A stretch of 62,039 nt of DNA, the filler included, from Catajapyx aquilonaris (Eukaryota), in the NCBI GenBank assembly GCA_000934665.2. It is 3 parts of 3 records of this genome, joined end to end, with 100 filler letters (N's around TTAATTAATTAA, not from the genome) between each part and the next. Parts side by side here need not be neighbours in the genome. Positions count along the whole stretch, not along the records: positions 20,721 to 41,330 come from JYFJ02006223.1; positions 41,431 to 62,039 come from JYFJ02006224.1; 1 more part is not named here. One strand, given 5' to 3'. The notes below the pieces were generated by a model. It was not told where the DNA came from, did no database searches, and worked only from the letters and a program-made list of their open reading frames with translations. Each line of letters begins with the position of its first letter. Positions within the stretch are counted from its first letter, which is position 1. Shown one piece after another: positions 38,220 to 51,038 of this stretch. The translations under genes and the position numbers were made by a program.

Positions 38220-40477
38220 CTGTTATTGCTAACATACATCAACACAAACATATTACAGGTGGTGTTTCTTATAATGCGGAACTGTGGTGTTATTTGGATG
38301 TGTTGCGTCGGTTGTGGATTATATCACATTAGGTGGCAAGGGGATGGTGAAAATCAATTTTTGGCTGGCCCCAGGTCATTTGTCTGACCCGTCACTTTGC
38401 CTGTGTGCCTCCGGTGGGGATATAATCGGGATATATTTCGGCCAGATTCTCTCCACTTTTTTTTTATATCTCCTGCTGGAAATATTTTGTTTTTATATAT
38501 CCCGGGCGTTTGCGGACGGCTGCCAAATTCCCTCCTCTTTCAAACGGCTTCCTTTTTCTCCTCTGATTGCGTGCAATTTCCACAGCACAACCTCCGTCAA
38601 GAGAAAGAACGAGCTCATACATTTTCCCGCTTCTGAGATCGTCGCAACTTTGTAGCCGCCAAGTCTTTTTCTTTGTGTTGGCCAATCGGTCCTCCTATTT
38701 GTCAAAGACATCGCGGGTTTTTTGCGGCACAAAGTGAATCGGTTGGGTGCTAACAATATTAACAAGTTGTCTGTGCCGCAGGGCTTTGATACATGTGGCA
38801 GACAACGCCATTCTTCCGCTTCGGATAGTAAATCATTATGGGCACCTTTTCTTTACCAGCCAACCGCAAAATCTCATCCTGTTGGCACCTTAATTGAGCT
38901 CTTAAAACACACTACCGTTTGTATTTATCTCCTGCTGAATAACAAAGCGAAGGCGACAAAAGAGGGTCTGAAGGAAAAAAAGAGGATTCCAACCGGAAAC
39001 TTGATTCCGAATCGTTTCGCTTCTTCTCGAGTGCTATCCTAGTTTCCCATTTCCTCCCCACTCTGAGCCGTCATGGTGACCTCTGTAAGCAGAACCCGGC
39101 TGCTGGAAATGGTCCGCGCTCCTCTTCAAAAGAACCACCTCCTTTTGTGCCCAGTGAACATTGTACGCAACTTCCTTTTTTTTTTTACTCTAGTTCTGAG
39201 GAACAGCCAAAGCAAACTGAAACTACCTGGGAGTATATACGACTTCACTGTATGTGTACTTCCAAACTCAAACTTGGAGTCGTACAAGTCCCTTTTCAAT
39301 TCAAGGAATAATCTGGTGCCTGACGGAGTTTCTGCAACTTTTCTAGTACCGTACGGTAGGCCTATTTTCGGTACTCGAGTTGCATACTGTTTGAAGTTCA
39401 AAGGCTGATAGTGACGCACCCGGCATATAGACGATGGGGGTGAATCAAACCCTACATTTCAACCCCCTGATTTGACAGGGAGTTTCTGGCAGGTCATCAA
39501 TTGCAACAGCCCAAAAATGAACATCCGAATTCTGTCACAAAACATCAATTCTCAACCTGGTAGATGGTGCTTTTGAATAAGGTGGGTAGAGGTGAGATCG
39601 TAGGAAGAAGTAGAGAGGCTCTAGGCATGGAAATAGTTAATAAGTGCATCTGAGCAGCAGAAGCATCGCAAAAGGCCGTAGGGCCAGTCCCGCCCAGTTT
39701 AATCCGAGAGAAGCACGTTCCTGTTTGGCAAAAGCGGCAACGGCTGAGGTGCTCCTTTCCAAAGGGGATGAATAATGGAACCACTTAGCCTCAGGCTTCC
39801 TATTCCATCTTCGGCAGAAGCAGCACCAGCCAAGCCTTTACTTCTTCCATGTCAACGTCTTCGTCCTATGCTGGTTGGATTTTCCACCCCGTTTTTCCCC
39901 CTCCCACCCTCCCTCCTTGACTACGATATATGCTATCGCCTTGTCGTCCGCCCTAGGCCATATGTACATGCACCCCGTATTATAGCCCCGTGCCAGATTT
40001 TGGCAACCTCATTCTCACAAGTCTATGCCTGGCTGACGTGAGAAAGTTAGGTTGCAAAATAGGTTTAGGTGCATTTTCCAGAAATGCCTGGCGTTCATAC
40101 TTAGACGGTAATTTGCTTTCTCCGGAGAGTTTCATAATACGGTATTCATTTGAAGTTGTCCAGAGAGGTGACCACTGATTTGTCCTGCCATGGTTCAATA
40201 TCATAATGACGTTCCTAAGGACTGTACTGAACCATAAACGAATCCTGAAGGCTCATTCACTTTCACGAATTCGTGTCCTGGGTTCCCTGTAATTATGTCC
40301 AAGATAGGGCCTACAAGGTTGTAAGGAAACGTTTAAAAAACAACTTTGTCCTAAAATCACGAAGATTACACTTTGACAGCAGATTACAATGGAAACACAA
40401 CAATAGGGTTTTATGGTTGGTTGTAATCAGTATCTACAAATAATATAACTATAGTCCGGGTGCTAAGGGGTTGAACT

Positions 40478-41330
40478 CTGCATTTTGTGACAAAAGTATG
40501 AAACTCGGTACACTTGTCCTTTGGACACTTCTGATCATATCTGGACGTGGAGCCACGATGACCCACCCCGGTGGTGGTCCATTTCGCAGGGTTTCCATAA
40601 CTACCAGATGCAGCATCCTTTTAGGACCTTGTATTCGGTGACAAAAACATGAAACTCGCCACAATTGGTCTTTGGACACTTCTGAACATGTCTGGATGTG
40701 GGGCCATGATGACTGACCCCGCTGTGGGTCACTTGCAGGGTTGCCAGATCTAACGGACCAAACATACATCTCTGCAAGGATCATGTGAATTGGGAGCTTG
40801 CATTCGGTGATAAAAACGTGAAACGCGGTACGGTAGTTCTTCGAACACATCTCAACATATCTGGACGTGGGGTCACGGTGGGTGACCCCTTGTGGCCTCG
40901 CCAGGGGTCACTATCGCGGAGTTGCCAAATCGAACATGTGTTGCACACCTTTACATGAATAAGGGCCTTGCATTCGGTGATAAAACACTGCTAAAACATG
41001 AAACTCGCCCCAATTGGTCTTCGGACACTACTGAACATGTCTGGAAGTGAGGTCACTATGGATGACCCCACTGGGGGTCACTCGCAGGGTTGCCAGATCT
41101 AATGGGCTCTCTAAGTAAACTATGTGAATAGGGAGCTTGCATTCGGTGACAAAGACGTGAAACTCGGTACAATATAGTTCTTTGCACACTTCCGAACATA
41201 TCTGGACGTGGGGACAAGATGACCCACCCCGGGGGAGGGCACTATCATGGTGTTGCCAAATCTAACAGACTGTGCAGCATGCGTTTATATTTTGATAGGG
41301 AGCTTGCATTTGGTGACAAAGACGTGAAAC
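40478..41330. repeat. Tandem array of ~150-170-bp units with alternating A/B subtypes, running into the gap
   Basis: Anchor TTGCATTCGGTGA(C/T)AAA...TGAAAC recurs at ~40478, 40629, 40798, 40968, 41137, 41304; units alternate AAAC(T/G)CGGTAC and AAACTCGCC-CAATTGGTC. Confidence 0.88.
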
Positions 41331-41430
41331 NNNNNNNNNNNNNNNNNNNNNNNNNNNNNNNNNNNNNNNNNNNNTTAATTAATTAANNNNNNNNNNNNNN
41401 NNNNNNNNNNNNNNNNNNNNNNNNNNNNNN
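41331..41430. other. Assembly gap (44 N + TTAATTAATTAA + 44 N)
   Basis: N run with stop linker. Confidence 0.97.
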
Positions 41431-42299
41431 CGGCCTCACCGACCCCTCCTCGTCTTTGGGGATCCAAATGACTCGAGAACGCTTCCACGTCTCCGGGAAC
41501 AACCCCCTCTCGTACAAAGAGCGCAAGGGTTGGTCCTAGTGCGATCATGAATTTGAGATGTAAAAATGTGTATGGTACATATTGTAATAATGATATTATC
41601 TGTGTATCTGTTTGAATCGCACCGCGCCTCTGTGTGTCGAAGTGCCAACTTCATTTGAGGAATATTCGCCGAAATCAAATCAAAGCACCCCAATGTGTGG
41701 TGTGTTGTTTGTGCTTCGCCCGGGAGCTTGAATTGCCATAACTTTTTCGGGACTTGCACCAAGGCTAGGCTCGAAACTCTTCGATACCTTGCGTCGTTTG
41801 AAAAAGTGATGGTCGCACGCCATACTGTAACATAGTGAAATTGTAGGGTTCAACGAAAAATCCATGTAATTGTCGGGTTGTTTGGTTTTGAATTCATGAC
41901 ATTGTGGTAATGATGCAGCCATTTGTGGATTGGAAATAGTCGTTTCTTATGATTTCGTCATACCCTCAGATTAGAGTACGAAGGAAAGTCCGTCTCAGTT
42001 ATTCGAACCTTTTAGTTCCGGGAAGTTCATGTACTGATTGAATGTTCCCTTGTCCAAAAATATGGAATGGGTTGCCTTGCAGCTGCATGTTTTACAAATA
42101 AGCTCCATTCGATCCTTCTATTCTCGCTGATTACTCATAAACACCTTCAATTGGTTGGTCTCATGGTTATATCAAGCAAAATAGATCGACCTTTTCCAGA
42201 GGGTGCTGCAATACACCACTATTTACGTGAAAGCAGTCGCATGATGTCTTAGAGAGTTATCATCTGTCGTCCCCAATGATGTCATTTTAAATCATTGGC

Positions 42300-44300
42300 G
42301 CTCATTCTGGCTTCTTCACATTTTGTGTGAACATGACTGTAAGAGGCATAGATATTTCATCTGGATATGGTGAGATACCTTCTTTCCAGGTTTTTGAATA
42401 TGTTAATGTCCCTTTCTAAAAATGCTTCATGGCAGAGTTTGGTACACGCATGAGGGAAATATTTGTACTGGAGAATTGTTAATAGAAAATTTTCTTGTTT
42501 GTTTTAAACTGCGATATTTGCAGTTCCCTTCCAGAAGTAATTGAAGAATATTTACAATGTTGTCAACTCCAAGTTAGTTGCACATCTTTTTTTATATAAC
42601 ACCTGAAAATTTGCCTGGCACTTGCAAAAGGATGACGTGCTTTGTACCACTTCTTCTCATTTCTTTGGCCAAGTCGCAAACCTTTGGTGTGTTGCATACA
42701 GACTACACATGTTTTACAGTAAGTTGATCAGTCATAATTTTGTCGTAATCTGATGAGATATAAAATATATATCTACAACTGAAATATTGAATGAGTTGTG
42801 TGTGGTGGTGCACAGCAGGACCTTGAACACATTGGAGGGCTGTTATTGTTCTTCTTAAATGTAGGCTTGCTTGTTTTACATGATTATTTGACGTTTTATT
42901 GTTGTGTAACCACTTTGGAATGTGCATTTTTTGCTGTTGTAACATGTGAGGAATGGACACAATCTGAGAATAGGACAAGAGGCATAATTGTCATATAAAT
43001 TAAATCCCCGTGAACATCTCTTCCGAATACTTGAAATATAACTCGGAATATCCGAACCCGTTCTTTTTCTACTCGACATCGTCATCATCAGTGATTATTT
43101 TTCATTCTCAACAGCAATGTTTCGTAGAAGTAATAGTACTGTATTACATTTTTAGACTTGTGCCTCTATTCTTGCCGGGGTGCGACATGAGTCTGATGCC
43201 ATGGCACGGTGAACAGCACACCAGATTTTCAAAAGGGGCGTTCCTGACAAGACCTCATCAACATCTTTTTGCATTAGAGTCCACAGTCCTCTCTGATCCC
43301 CTGTATTTATTGCAGCTCTATCTGAGACGACTGATGTCATAATGGGTTGGATGATACTCCAGCTGCTGACAAATTCCGTTGCCTCCTTCACCGCCTCGTA
43401 GTAGCCGCCATTTGCACCAGCAGAATGCGGCTCTTCGAAGCCTAGGAAAACCAACTAGGGTGACCCTTTCTTCGACACAATCTTTGCTATCTCATGTATG
43501 TAGTTGTGTACTTGGAGTCTGTCGACTTACCCATCAACTCGCAACGACAAAGCGCTGCATTCCGTGAGTTAGCGTAACAAATCTCACATAGGACCTTCTT
43601 GCGGCCTTGGGAGTTCTACCATCGCGTCTACCATTGCATTGGTGGGTTTTGTCTCACCGCTTAGCATCTTCCTTGCTTTCTCTGTGGAGTGCAGCAGGAT
43701 GTTACCATCCCTGGAATTGAGTCCTGCCACTCAACGCATCGAGTTTCGGGAAGTAGTAATTATGCCCCCTTCCTTCAGCTACAGCCCGTCGTCATTGTGT
43801 GCATCATATGGAAACAAGACTCGAACTTGCTCTTTCAATGGAGAATTTCGGATCGCTGAGCTAAAAATATGTTTCAGGTCAGAATGAAAGTTCCCTCGCA
43901 TTGTAGTGGAAAACCTTATTCCATCTTCACAAGTGTCGGGTATAATGAGATTTTAAGGACATTCCTACTGGCAGAATAACAGTGCAGATAAGCACAATTT
44001 TAAAAAACCACTATGAACTTCTTGTATTCTGGTTATACCATACCCATAACCATGACACGGGATGGCGATGTCAATCACTTCTGTTCCCTTCGTACCTTGC
44101 CGTCACTGTATGTCGGCGGAGTTCTCACTGTGCTGCTAAGTGAGGTGCTGTACTCTTCATCGTCCTGTTCAGCAATGTTGTCCCTAATTTGAAAGTGTTT
44201 TTCAATCCCATAGTTACTTAGGCTTGAGATGGCCTTTCTTTGGCAAGTTCGGCAAGGTGGTTTCTTTTTGCTTCCACGACATCCACACTTTCATACACCG
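42300..44300 (-). mobile_element. Decayed hAT-superfamily transposase
   Basis: 43454-43152 reads VFLGFEEP...SVVSDRAAINTGDQRGLW...PLLKIWCAVHR, matching the hAT xDGAxxNxG and CxxH motifs; flanks have many stops and the boundaries are approximate. Confidence 0.7.
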
Positions 44301-44880
44301 AAAATTGTCTTTTGGGCCAGAAAATTAGCATGAATATTGACATCGCTAAATTTTGAGGTGGCATAATGCATAATTAGGTCGAAGGAATTTTTCGATATTT
44401 TACTACTGACCCATAAGTGAAATGTTAAATTCTGCATTGGGCCTATTTACCCCCGAAGAACGTCTGAAATGGTATGAAATACATGCAGATTAGCAGGCTA
44501 TATTACATCAGTTAAAAGTTCAAACATTTAATTTTTATTTCCGTATGTGATATTTGAATACAAACTCAGGAATTTAATTTCAGAAAATATGTAATTAAAA
44601 AGGTAATTAGCAAACTGAAGACTGTAAGTTACCTAGAAATAGTATGACATGGGTTGTCTCCTCCACAATTTGAAACTGATGAAGCTGTGGGTTGACAAAC
44701 AAAAAGAATACTGCTTATTTCTATTGTTGCATGAGGCCATCATGGAAACTTGAAAAGTGAACGTGAAAAGTGACGGTCGTAATGATCCTGATGGACTGTT
44801 GTCTGATCCTGATGGACTGTAGGGTCCCCCTTCTGCATCTTATTCAGGCCTGGAAGGGGATGAGAATCTATACGGTTGAA

Positions 44881-46065
44881 TGATCCATCCATATTCTTGT
44901 TCCAAGCTGCCAGGCCCCGATTGGTTTGTGTAAAACACTGTAAACATAATCTACTATCGCAAACCAGGTGAATAATGCACACTTGCATTCCATGTCGAAG
45001 CAGTAAGCCTGTATTTGACCTTTTACCTAGCTTAAGGTATAGAGAGGCCTTTACCTGCAGTGATTTATAGCAGACTAGATATTACTTTTTTTTACTGAGT
45101 TTTACATCACATAATATGGTGACATCACATGTACACAATATTTGCCGGCTTTGGATCGAGATAGTGTTCCTGAATGTGGAAGAAAATAAGCAAGGTATCG
45201 TATACTGCAATGTAATTATGTCACAAGGACGTTGATGAAACTGGAATAACTAACTAAAGTATTTTGTAAAGAATTTATTGATTGGGTCATGAACCTAATG
45301 TAATCGTACATATTTACATACTAATATTACTGATTAACGCTTTTGTCTTGGGGAGGGATAAAGGGCATTCCCTATCCCATGCGTTGCAGCCCGTTGACTC
45401 CTCTAAATACGGTCGAACTAGTCAGAGTCGATTACGCGGTATCTTAACATTATTTCCAATCAAAAATATATCTGAAGATGGAATATTACTTGCCAATTCG
45501 CTCCAAGGATGTTTTGAGCCCACCCATGAGTTAAAGGTGTTGTCTGTACTTCCTTTCTCTGTTCGAAATCTTGTCACTTCATCAAATCTCCCGTGCAGAA
45601 TAAATTACCTCATTATTGTGATGCATCCGTCTCTAAAATATTTTTCAAGCGCTGTACAATTTGCACAAATGTAGGGTTTTCTTTTTCTTTGGGAAATATA
45701 TTTCATAATTATAATTTGAGCACCTGGTTCACACACACAACAAAAATGCGAATGTACAGAATATTAAAATGGCGCCGTTTAAGTCTTTAGGGTTAATATT
45801 TCACTGAAGTCATACATCGAAATGGAAATCACAGCCATTATTTTGTACTACAGGGTGTTTGCTACTATAACAAATGTGTTCCACATGAATGATACACACG
45901 ACAATGTCAAACTATCATCTTCGGAGGACAGAATAACTTTTGTAACTAAATGAGTGAGAGGGACCACGAGATTTTATTTATGGGTTCATGTCTGATGTCC
46001 GATTATGCCGTGCTGCAGGCTGCTTCTGTTGACAGGCCCATGGTCGTAAATCCAAGGGTTGTTCT
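44881..46065. repeat. ~1.2-kb segment duplicated in direct orientation at 57291-58906 (probably transposon-derived)
   Basis: Collinear high identity, e.g. GATTGGGTCATGAACCTAATGTAATCGTACATATTTAC and GATTATGCCGTGCTGCAGGCTGCTTCTGTTGACAGG in both copies. Confidence 0.9.
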
Positions 46066-46199
46066 CGAGGAATGTTTTCATCTCGAATAAGATGTTTTCA
46101 GATCCGCGTGGTTTTCTGAAAATAAGGAAAATACAGATATTCATCAGCTTCTAAAATATGAATCAACGTAGCACTTTGGCATGTACGGTTTGTTGTTTT

Positions 46200-47810
46200 C
46201 GGAGGGTGAATCTCACCATCATCTCGGAAGTGATGTTGTCATTTTCACAACTGTCGTTTCCAGCAGGCGATGCGATGGTTGGCCTTCAACTGTTGATTGT
46301 CGGTGAGTATCTACGTCCGTCAGGATCCCTCTCCTGCTGTTTCCGCCCGGAAAAAAAAACAAAAACAGTTGGATGAACTTCCATGATCAGTTTTCTGTGC
46401 TTCAAAGAGGATTTAAAATGTAACTGTCTTATTTTTATGGGGATGACTTATTGATAAGATATAACTTGTAACGGTTGGGAATCCTTTTGTATGGAGCTGG
46501 ATTTGAGCTTAATTATTTCAGTTAACTTTAACATGGGCAAGTAATAGCCTTGAACGGAAGGCTGGTTTGAAGCCTCCTTTTCTAGCGATAAGCAAATTAG
46601 TCGCGGTTCGAACCTGAGGTTATGCAGGTGATATCCTACAATGAGAAGGACGTTATCTGTTATTTCTTCGCAGCCGGTAATAATATGGAGTGTTTCCAGT
46701 GTAGAAAAGGACGGGAGGCTAACCAGGCTTTCGTCGCTCATCATGATGCTCTCTTCTTCTCCGTCGAGGGTCGAGGTTTTTGACGTGCTTGCACTTGACT
46801 GAAGCATATGCTAGGACGTTAGCCACAGTCACATCCTCTTTCCACACGTAATCACGAAATTGCCAATGCTCGAAGAGACTTGCGTCCAGTCGTCGTGTCC
46901 AATGGCCTGGGTTGGCCCTGTTCTAGGGCTGGCGGTGGATAGGGCTTTATCCCTACTAAATGCAGGAAGCGACGATCTCACCACCCAGAATCTTGTTGAG
47001 ATGACAACGGAGCCCAGTCCGAGGGGCAGCGTTACTCGCCCCAACGGACGGACAACACGGCCATCACCCATCGACAGTCGGCAGTTGCCTCGTTGAATCG
47101 GAGGGCGGAGGTCTTCAGGGATCGACACCACCACCTCGGTTGACATATGAACATAAGAGATGCGCTACTCACTTCCTAAATTCAGGTTTGTCCCTTAAAA
47201 TTTTTAATGATTCGTAGTGGACTCAGCTGGTTGCTTTTTGGTACGCCTGCCCACTCGTCTGGCTGGTATCCTCCTTGACTTTTACGGAATGCTGGTCCCG
47301 CAGGGTGCGCCACATGGCCTTGCATTTGCTTACTATAACAATGAAAATGAATTAAGTGCAACATATAGATTCGAAATCATCAGGGTCAATGACCTAACCT
47401 GTCATACAGACGGCCTTGGCCACCTCCTGCCACTTAACGGCCATCAAATCACGATCTCGGTGATCTTTTCCCCCCTTGTCCCAGATCGCCGTGTGCTTCT
47501 GCACTTCAGTGATGAGCTTCAATCCTCGAGATAATCCTGCGAAAAGATTAGACGTCAACAATTATTTTGTTAAACAATGGCTGTCAAAACATACCTGGGT
47601 TAGCTTCAAAATGTATTTTCCGCCATCTGTCTTTTTGAGCGTCCCGTCAGAGTATTGCATTTCGTTAGTAAGGACCTGGGCGAGGCGTTCCCGAGACACC
47701 CTCTGGCCTACCCGCGAAGTGATGCCTGCTTCTATTGCGGATGCTGACATGGCGATCTTCTCTGTTACTGAGCGCTTTTTTGTCCGTAGTACCTCAGTGA
47801 CCAGCTCCAT
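46200..47810 (-). pseudogene. Intron-containing MADF-domain gene, disabled (probably a DNA-transposon accessory gene)
   Basis: Exon 47536-47399 LITEVQKHTAIWDKGGKDHRDRDLMAVKWQEVAKAVCMT splices in phase to exon 47332-47173 VSKCKAMWRTLRDQH...S*VHYESLKIL (MADF signature; TGA 47223-47225 where Trp is expected). Upstream exon 47810-47595 is out of phase; further putative exons near 46810-46724 and 46425-46217. Confidence 0.7.
46829..47146 (-). mobile_element. Gypsy-type retropepsin (aspartic protease) fragment within the MADF pseudogene intron
   Basis: LSMGDGRVVRPLGRVTLPLGLGSVVISTRFWVV resembles the C-terminal half of LTR-retrotransposon proteases; the catalytic D(S/T)G motif is absent. Confidence 0.55.
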
Positions 47811-47977
47811 AATGGTGTGATGGGACGTGATTGGAGGCTTTAAAAAAAGGAGGGGGGGGGGGGGNGGGGGGGGGGGGGGAAGAGGATTAATTGATTCTAG
47901 AAAATGTTCGTCGTTCTGCGGGCGGAAATGGACGTCTTGTTCCCGGCCAAAAATGTGTGCAGAGAATAGCTTGTAAA

Positions 47978-48128
47978 GTGTGGAAAACGAAACAACGATC
48001 TGACGTCATCATTTTTTTCTCATGCAACAATAGGAGTAGGCTAAACAATGTTCATTTTGTTGATGACACAGTTTACTCATATATTGTTGTGTGACGATGA
48101 CGTCAGGTCGTCGTTTCGTTTTCCGGAC
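47978..48128. mobile_element. Palindromic MITE
   Basis: GGAAAACGAAACAACGATCTGACGTCATC ... GATGACGTCAGGTCGTCGTTTCGTTTTCC. Confidence 0.6.
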
Positions 48129-48784
48129 AGTTGACTAATCAGGAAAATCTACTGTTGGCAGCTCTGTATCATTGGCCATTAAAGGGAATCCCGCTCCCCT
48201 TTCACCTCAGGCAATTGAAATGCGGGTTAAAGGACCACACCCTCCTTTCTATAGCCAATCGTGAGAGAGTAGGTGCCGTCATTTGACAGTACATTATTAG
48301 AATGTATTTCGTGGGTTGTTTTAAAATGAGTTCCAGAATACCCATGCCTTTGTCCATGTCAGCTGTCATAACTCAAACTCTTGCATCATAATTGGTTTGT
48401 CCATTTGTACAGAACATATATAATTATTATAATTATAATAATTTTTATTGACCTGCGGGGTAAACACCCTTTTGCAGGGGAGAAGCACCTATACATTACA
48501 ACACTTAAAGTCCTTACACAACCTATTTACAAGCGTTGACCTTTATATACCTGTCAGACTATTCAGCAACACCAGCACCTTGTATACATTTGTTGGGGCC
48601 GGACCCGTATATTTGCCAGGTGGCGGGACTATCTTCCATGTGTTATTCTCTAGAGCCGCACTGAACGACATTGCAATAATTTTCTCAATCCGGGTACAGA
48701 GATGGAACCCCAAGCTTAGCATCCATATTTCAACTATTTAGAGAGTAATATCAGCGAATCTGAGGGTTCTCACCGCTACACTCT

Positions 48785-49035
48785 TAACCATTTACCTTCT
48801 CTAGAGAAGGTAAAAAAGAGGCCCTTTTTACCCTCTATTTTCTAAGGTAATACATGCAAAATTTACCTTCGAATCAATTTACCCTACAATGTAAGGTAAA
48901 AAATGGCCACTTTCTTACCCTAGGTTTTTTTACCTTCCACATTTATACCTTACATTGTAGGGAAATCAGGACCCATATTTTACCTTATATTTTCTTACCC
49001 TTTATACCTGTAACGGGTAAAAATTACCCCCTCCT
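48785..49035. repeat. Cluster of short TTACC/GGTAA motifs in both orientations (subterminal-repeat-like)
   Basis: More than ten TTACC/GGTAA motifs plus the inverted pair CCCTACAATGTAAGGTA / TACCTTACATTGTAGGG. Confidence 0.55.
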
Positions 49036-50334
49036 CGTCCCTCCTGCGCTTCATCCTTGCACCTAAATATAAATGTGTCAGGAGAGGGGATGGGAAATAG
49101 CTGTGTGGAATGGTGGGTGAGTGTGGTGAAATTAAGAACACACATTACACAGACACTGAAAATGCTCTTTGGATCACTTCCTCGGTTTTATTGGTATGTA
49201 CGTACTTTCTAATTTCTATACATGTTGGTTTCCATCATGATGCACATATGACTTCAAAATTAATCTGCATACATATTTTAACCGTTAAGTGGTATCATGG
49301 GGTCTTTTTTGACCCCAAGCTTATGAGAATTGACAGTGTCAAGTTACTGATTAATTAAACCCCAAATGTCTTTGTGTATTCCTCAAACATACAAGGGCTG
49401 TAATACAATAGAGGCAACACATCTCTAGAAAATCAGTGAAATGTGGGAAGTTTACACCTCTTTATGTCACAGATAGGTTGGGTCTTGATCTAGCCTCAGG
49501 ACTAGGGTGTAGCGAAAAAAATGAAAGTTGTCCGATTAAATCGCACGGGGTCTTTTTATATATATGCCCAGCCATTTTTCCTAGCCACATATTAATCACT
49601 AAAACTTAAATCAACCAATTAGATAAGTTATTTCATTGCAATACTCTTCCTTGGAATATGGAAACTCTCGGGTTAATTTAAGCCCCAAATTTGCACAATT
49701 TTCCCTAGCCAAAAGTGCAGTGTGGGAAACACCCACGATTCACATATTTCTCATACCTGAGCGCCCGAGGGTCTTCGCTATGCGACCCCAGCCACCTCCT
49801 TCTTCCGGGCGTCGCGGTATATCTTCAGTTTTTGGTTGAACACCACGGGGTACTCCTGCACCTGCATGATTAGCTGTTCGTCGGACATTTGGGGTTCGTC
49901 GGACATCCTCCCGGGACTTCTAGGCCTCGCGGCTCGCTCTCTCTTCACCACGTGCTGTCAAGGCCCGGCCAGTGCCAGACTGGCAGACTCAGACTGAATA
50001 GTTCCAACTGTGCTCGCCAGAGGAGCCACAGTGGCCCTGCACACAAATCGACCCCACCCCTCGCTGACGTCTTGGCTCTCCATTGGCTCCTTCCCGCGTA
50101 GAGCGTGTGAGCGCAGTGAAAAAATAGACAAATTTCTAATCTGAGCGGCGCGTACCAGCGAAAAGTTGAGCGGAGCAAACTGGTCCGTGATTGGTTGCCA
50201 CTAGCGGAGCGGGAGCAGCGCGTAGCCAGCAACTCTAGTGTGCACGGGCCTTAACTTGTCAAATCTTTGGTTCGTTGTGACCTCCTCCGGCGTATCGGTG
50301 AAATGCGGACGTTTAGGGTAATTTGTATGAGTTG

Positions 50335-50690
50335 TCAATGGAGTTCCCAGGAGCTGTTGGTTTTCGAGTTCAGCTGGATTTTTTGGTGGGTAGCTTGTTT
50401 GGTAGGAGAGTGGGTCATAGGACCTGGATTCGTTTCTACGCCCCCAATCTTGAGCAAAGCATCGATCAGTCCCACGCACTGTAACTCACTTACAGTTCGG
50501 CTCCATTGTGGGTGGGGCCTTGGTGCAGGCACAGGGGGGCTAGCACAGGCACGAACATAATAGTCAGGACAGCAAAAAGTAGCCAAAAAGCAGCTCCCAT
50601 AAGCCCGGGGTTGGTAGGAACCAGGGCAGTGGTCACGGGCAATGGGCCACCTCTCAGGTGGGCCGCCCTCCATTGATGTATGTCCACCAT
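50335..50690 (-). mobile_element. 5' ORF remnant of a non-LTR retrotransposon carrying a 2A-like peptide
   Basis: MVDIHQWRAA start (adjacent frame) and LIDALLKIGGVETNPG/P at 50460-50419. Confidence 0.6.
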
Positions 50691-51038
50691 GTCCTGGGTT
50701 GGAATCACAAAACGAACTGGGTCGAATGCGTCACGTATGTGTGGTCGGCGGGAGTAAACTAACACGACCGTTCGCACTGCCTGCCTCTTGGCGTCTGACT
50801 ACTCCAAAGTACCTGGTCTGGTGGACCGATGCTGCGATAGCTGGACGATGCTGGACGATAGCTGCGGAGGACCAGAGAGGACAGGCATGATGACTGTCTG
50901 TTGCTGTCTTCAGTCGTCGTCTGGTGCGGTTAATGCACGTAAGCCGCAGGTGACCTCTTTGGGGTCGGACGTCTTCTTCTTAGGATCTGTGTGGATGTGC
51001 ACACGATCCTTAGGGTTGAGCTATTTTTGTTCGTAAGG

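Noticed and set aside
37903..38387. ORFs with long IYIYIY tracts
   Set aside because: Translation of the (TA)n microsatellite.
30271..40200. Many 60-140-aa ORFs upstream of Mtl
   Set aside because: No recognisable motifs or consistent exon chain; probably Mtl 5' introns, regulatory DNA and old repeats. A YY1-like CGCCATCTTG near 30391 may mark a promoter but could not be tied to a transcript.
40478..41330. Possible CRISPR-like repeat-spacer array
   Set aside because: Eukaryotic context, and whole units are homologous with no unique spacers.
42750..42770. CTGATGAG hammerhead-ribozyme core
   Set aside because: No suitably placed GAAA or flanking stems; it lies within hAT remnant sequence.
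47223..47225. In-frame TGA in the MADF exon as selenocysteine or readthrough
   Set aside because: It falls where MADF domains have Trp, the gene has another phase break, and no SECIS was seen: a nonsense mutation is simpler.
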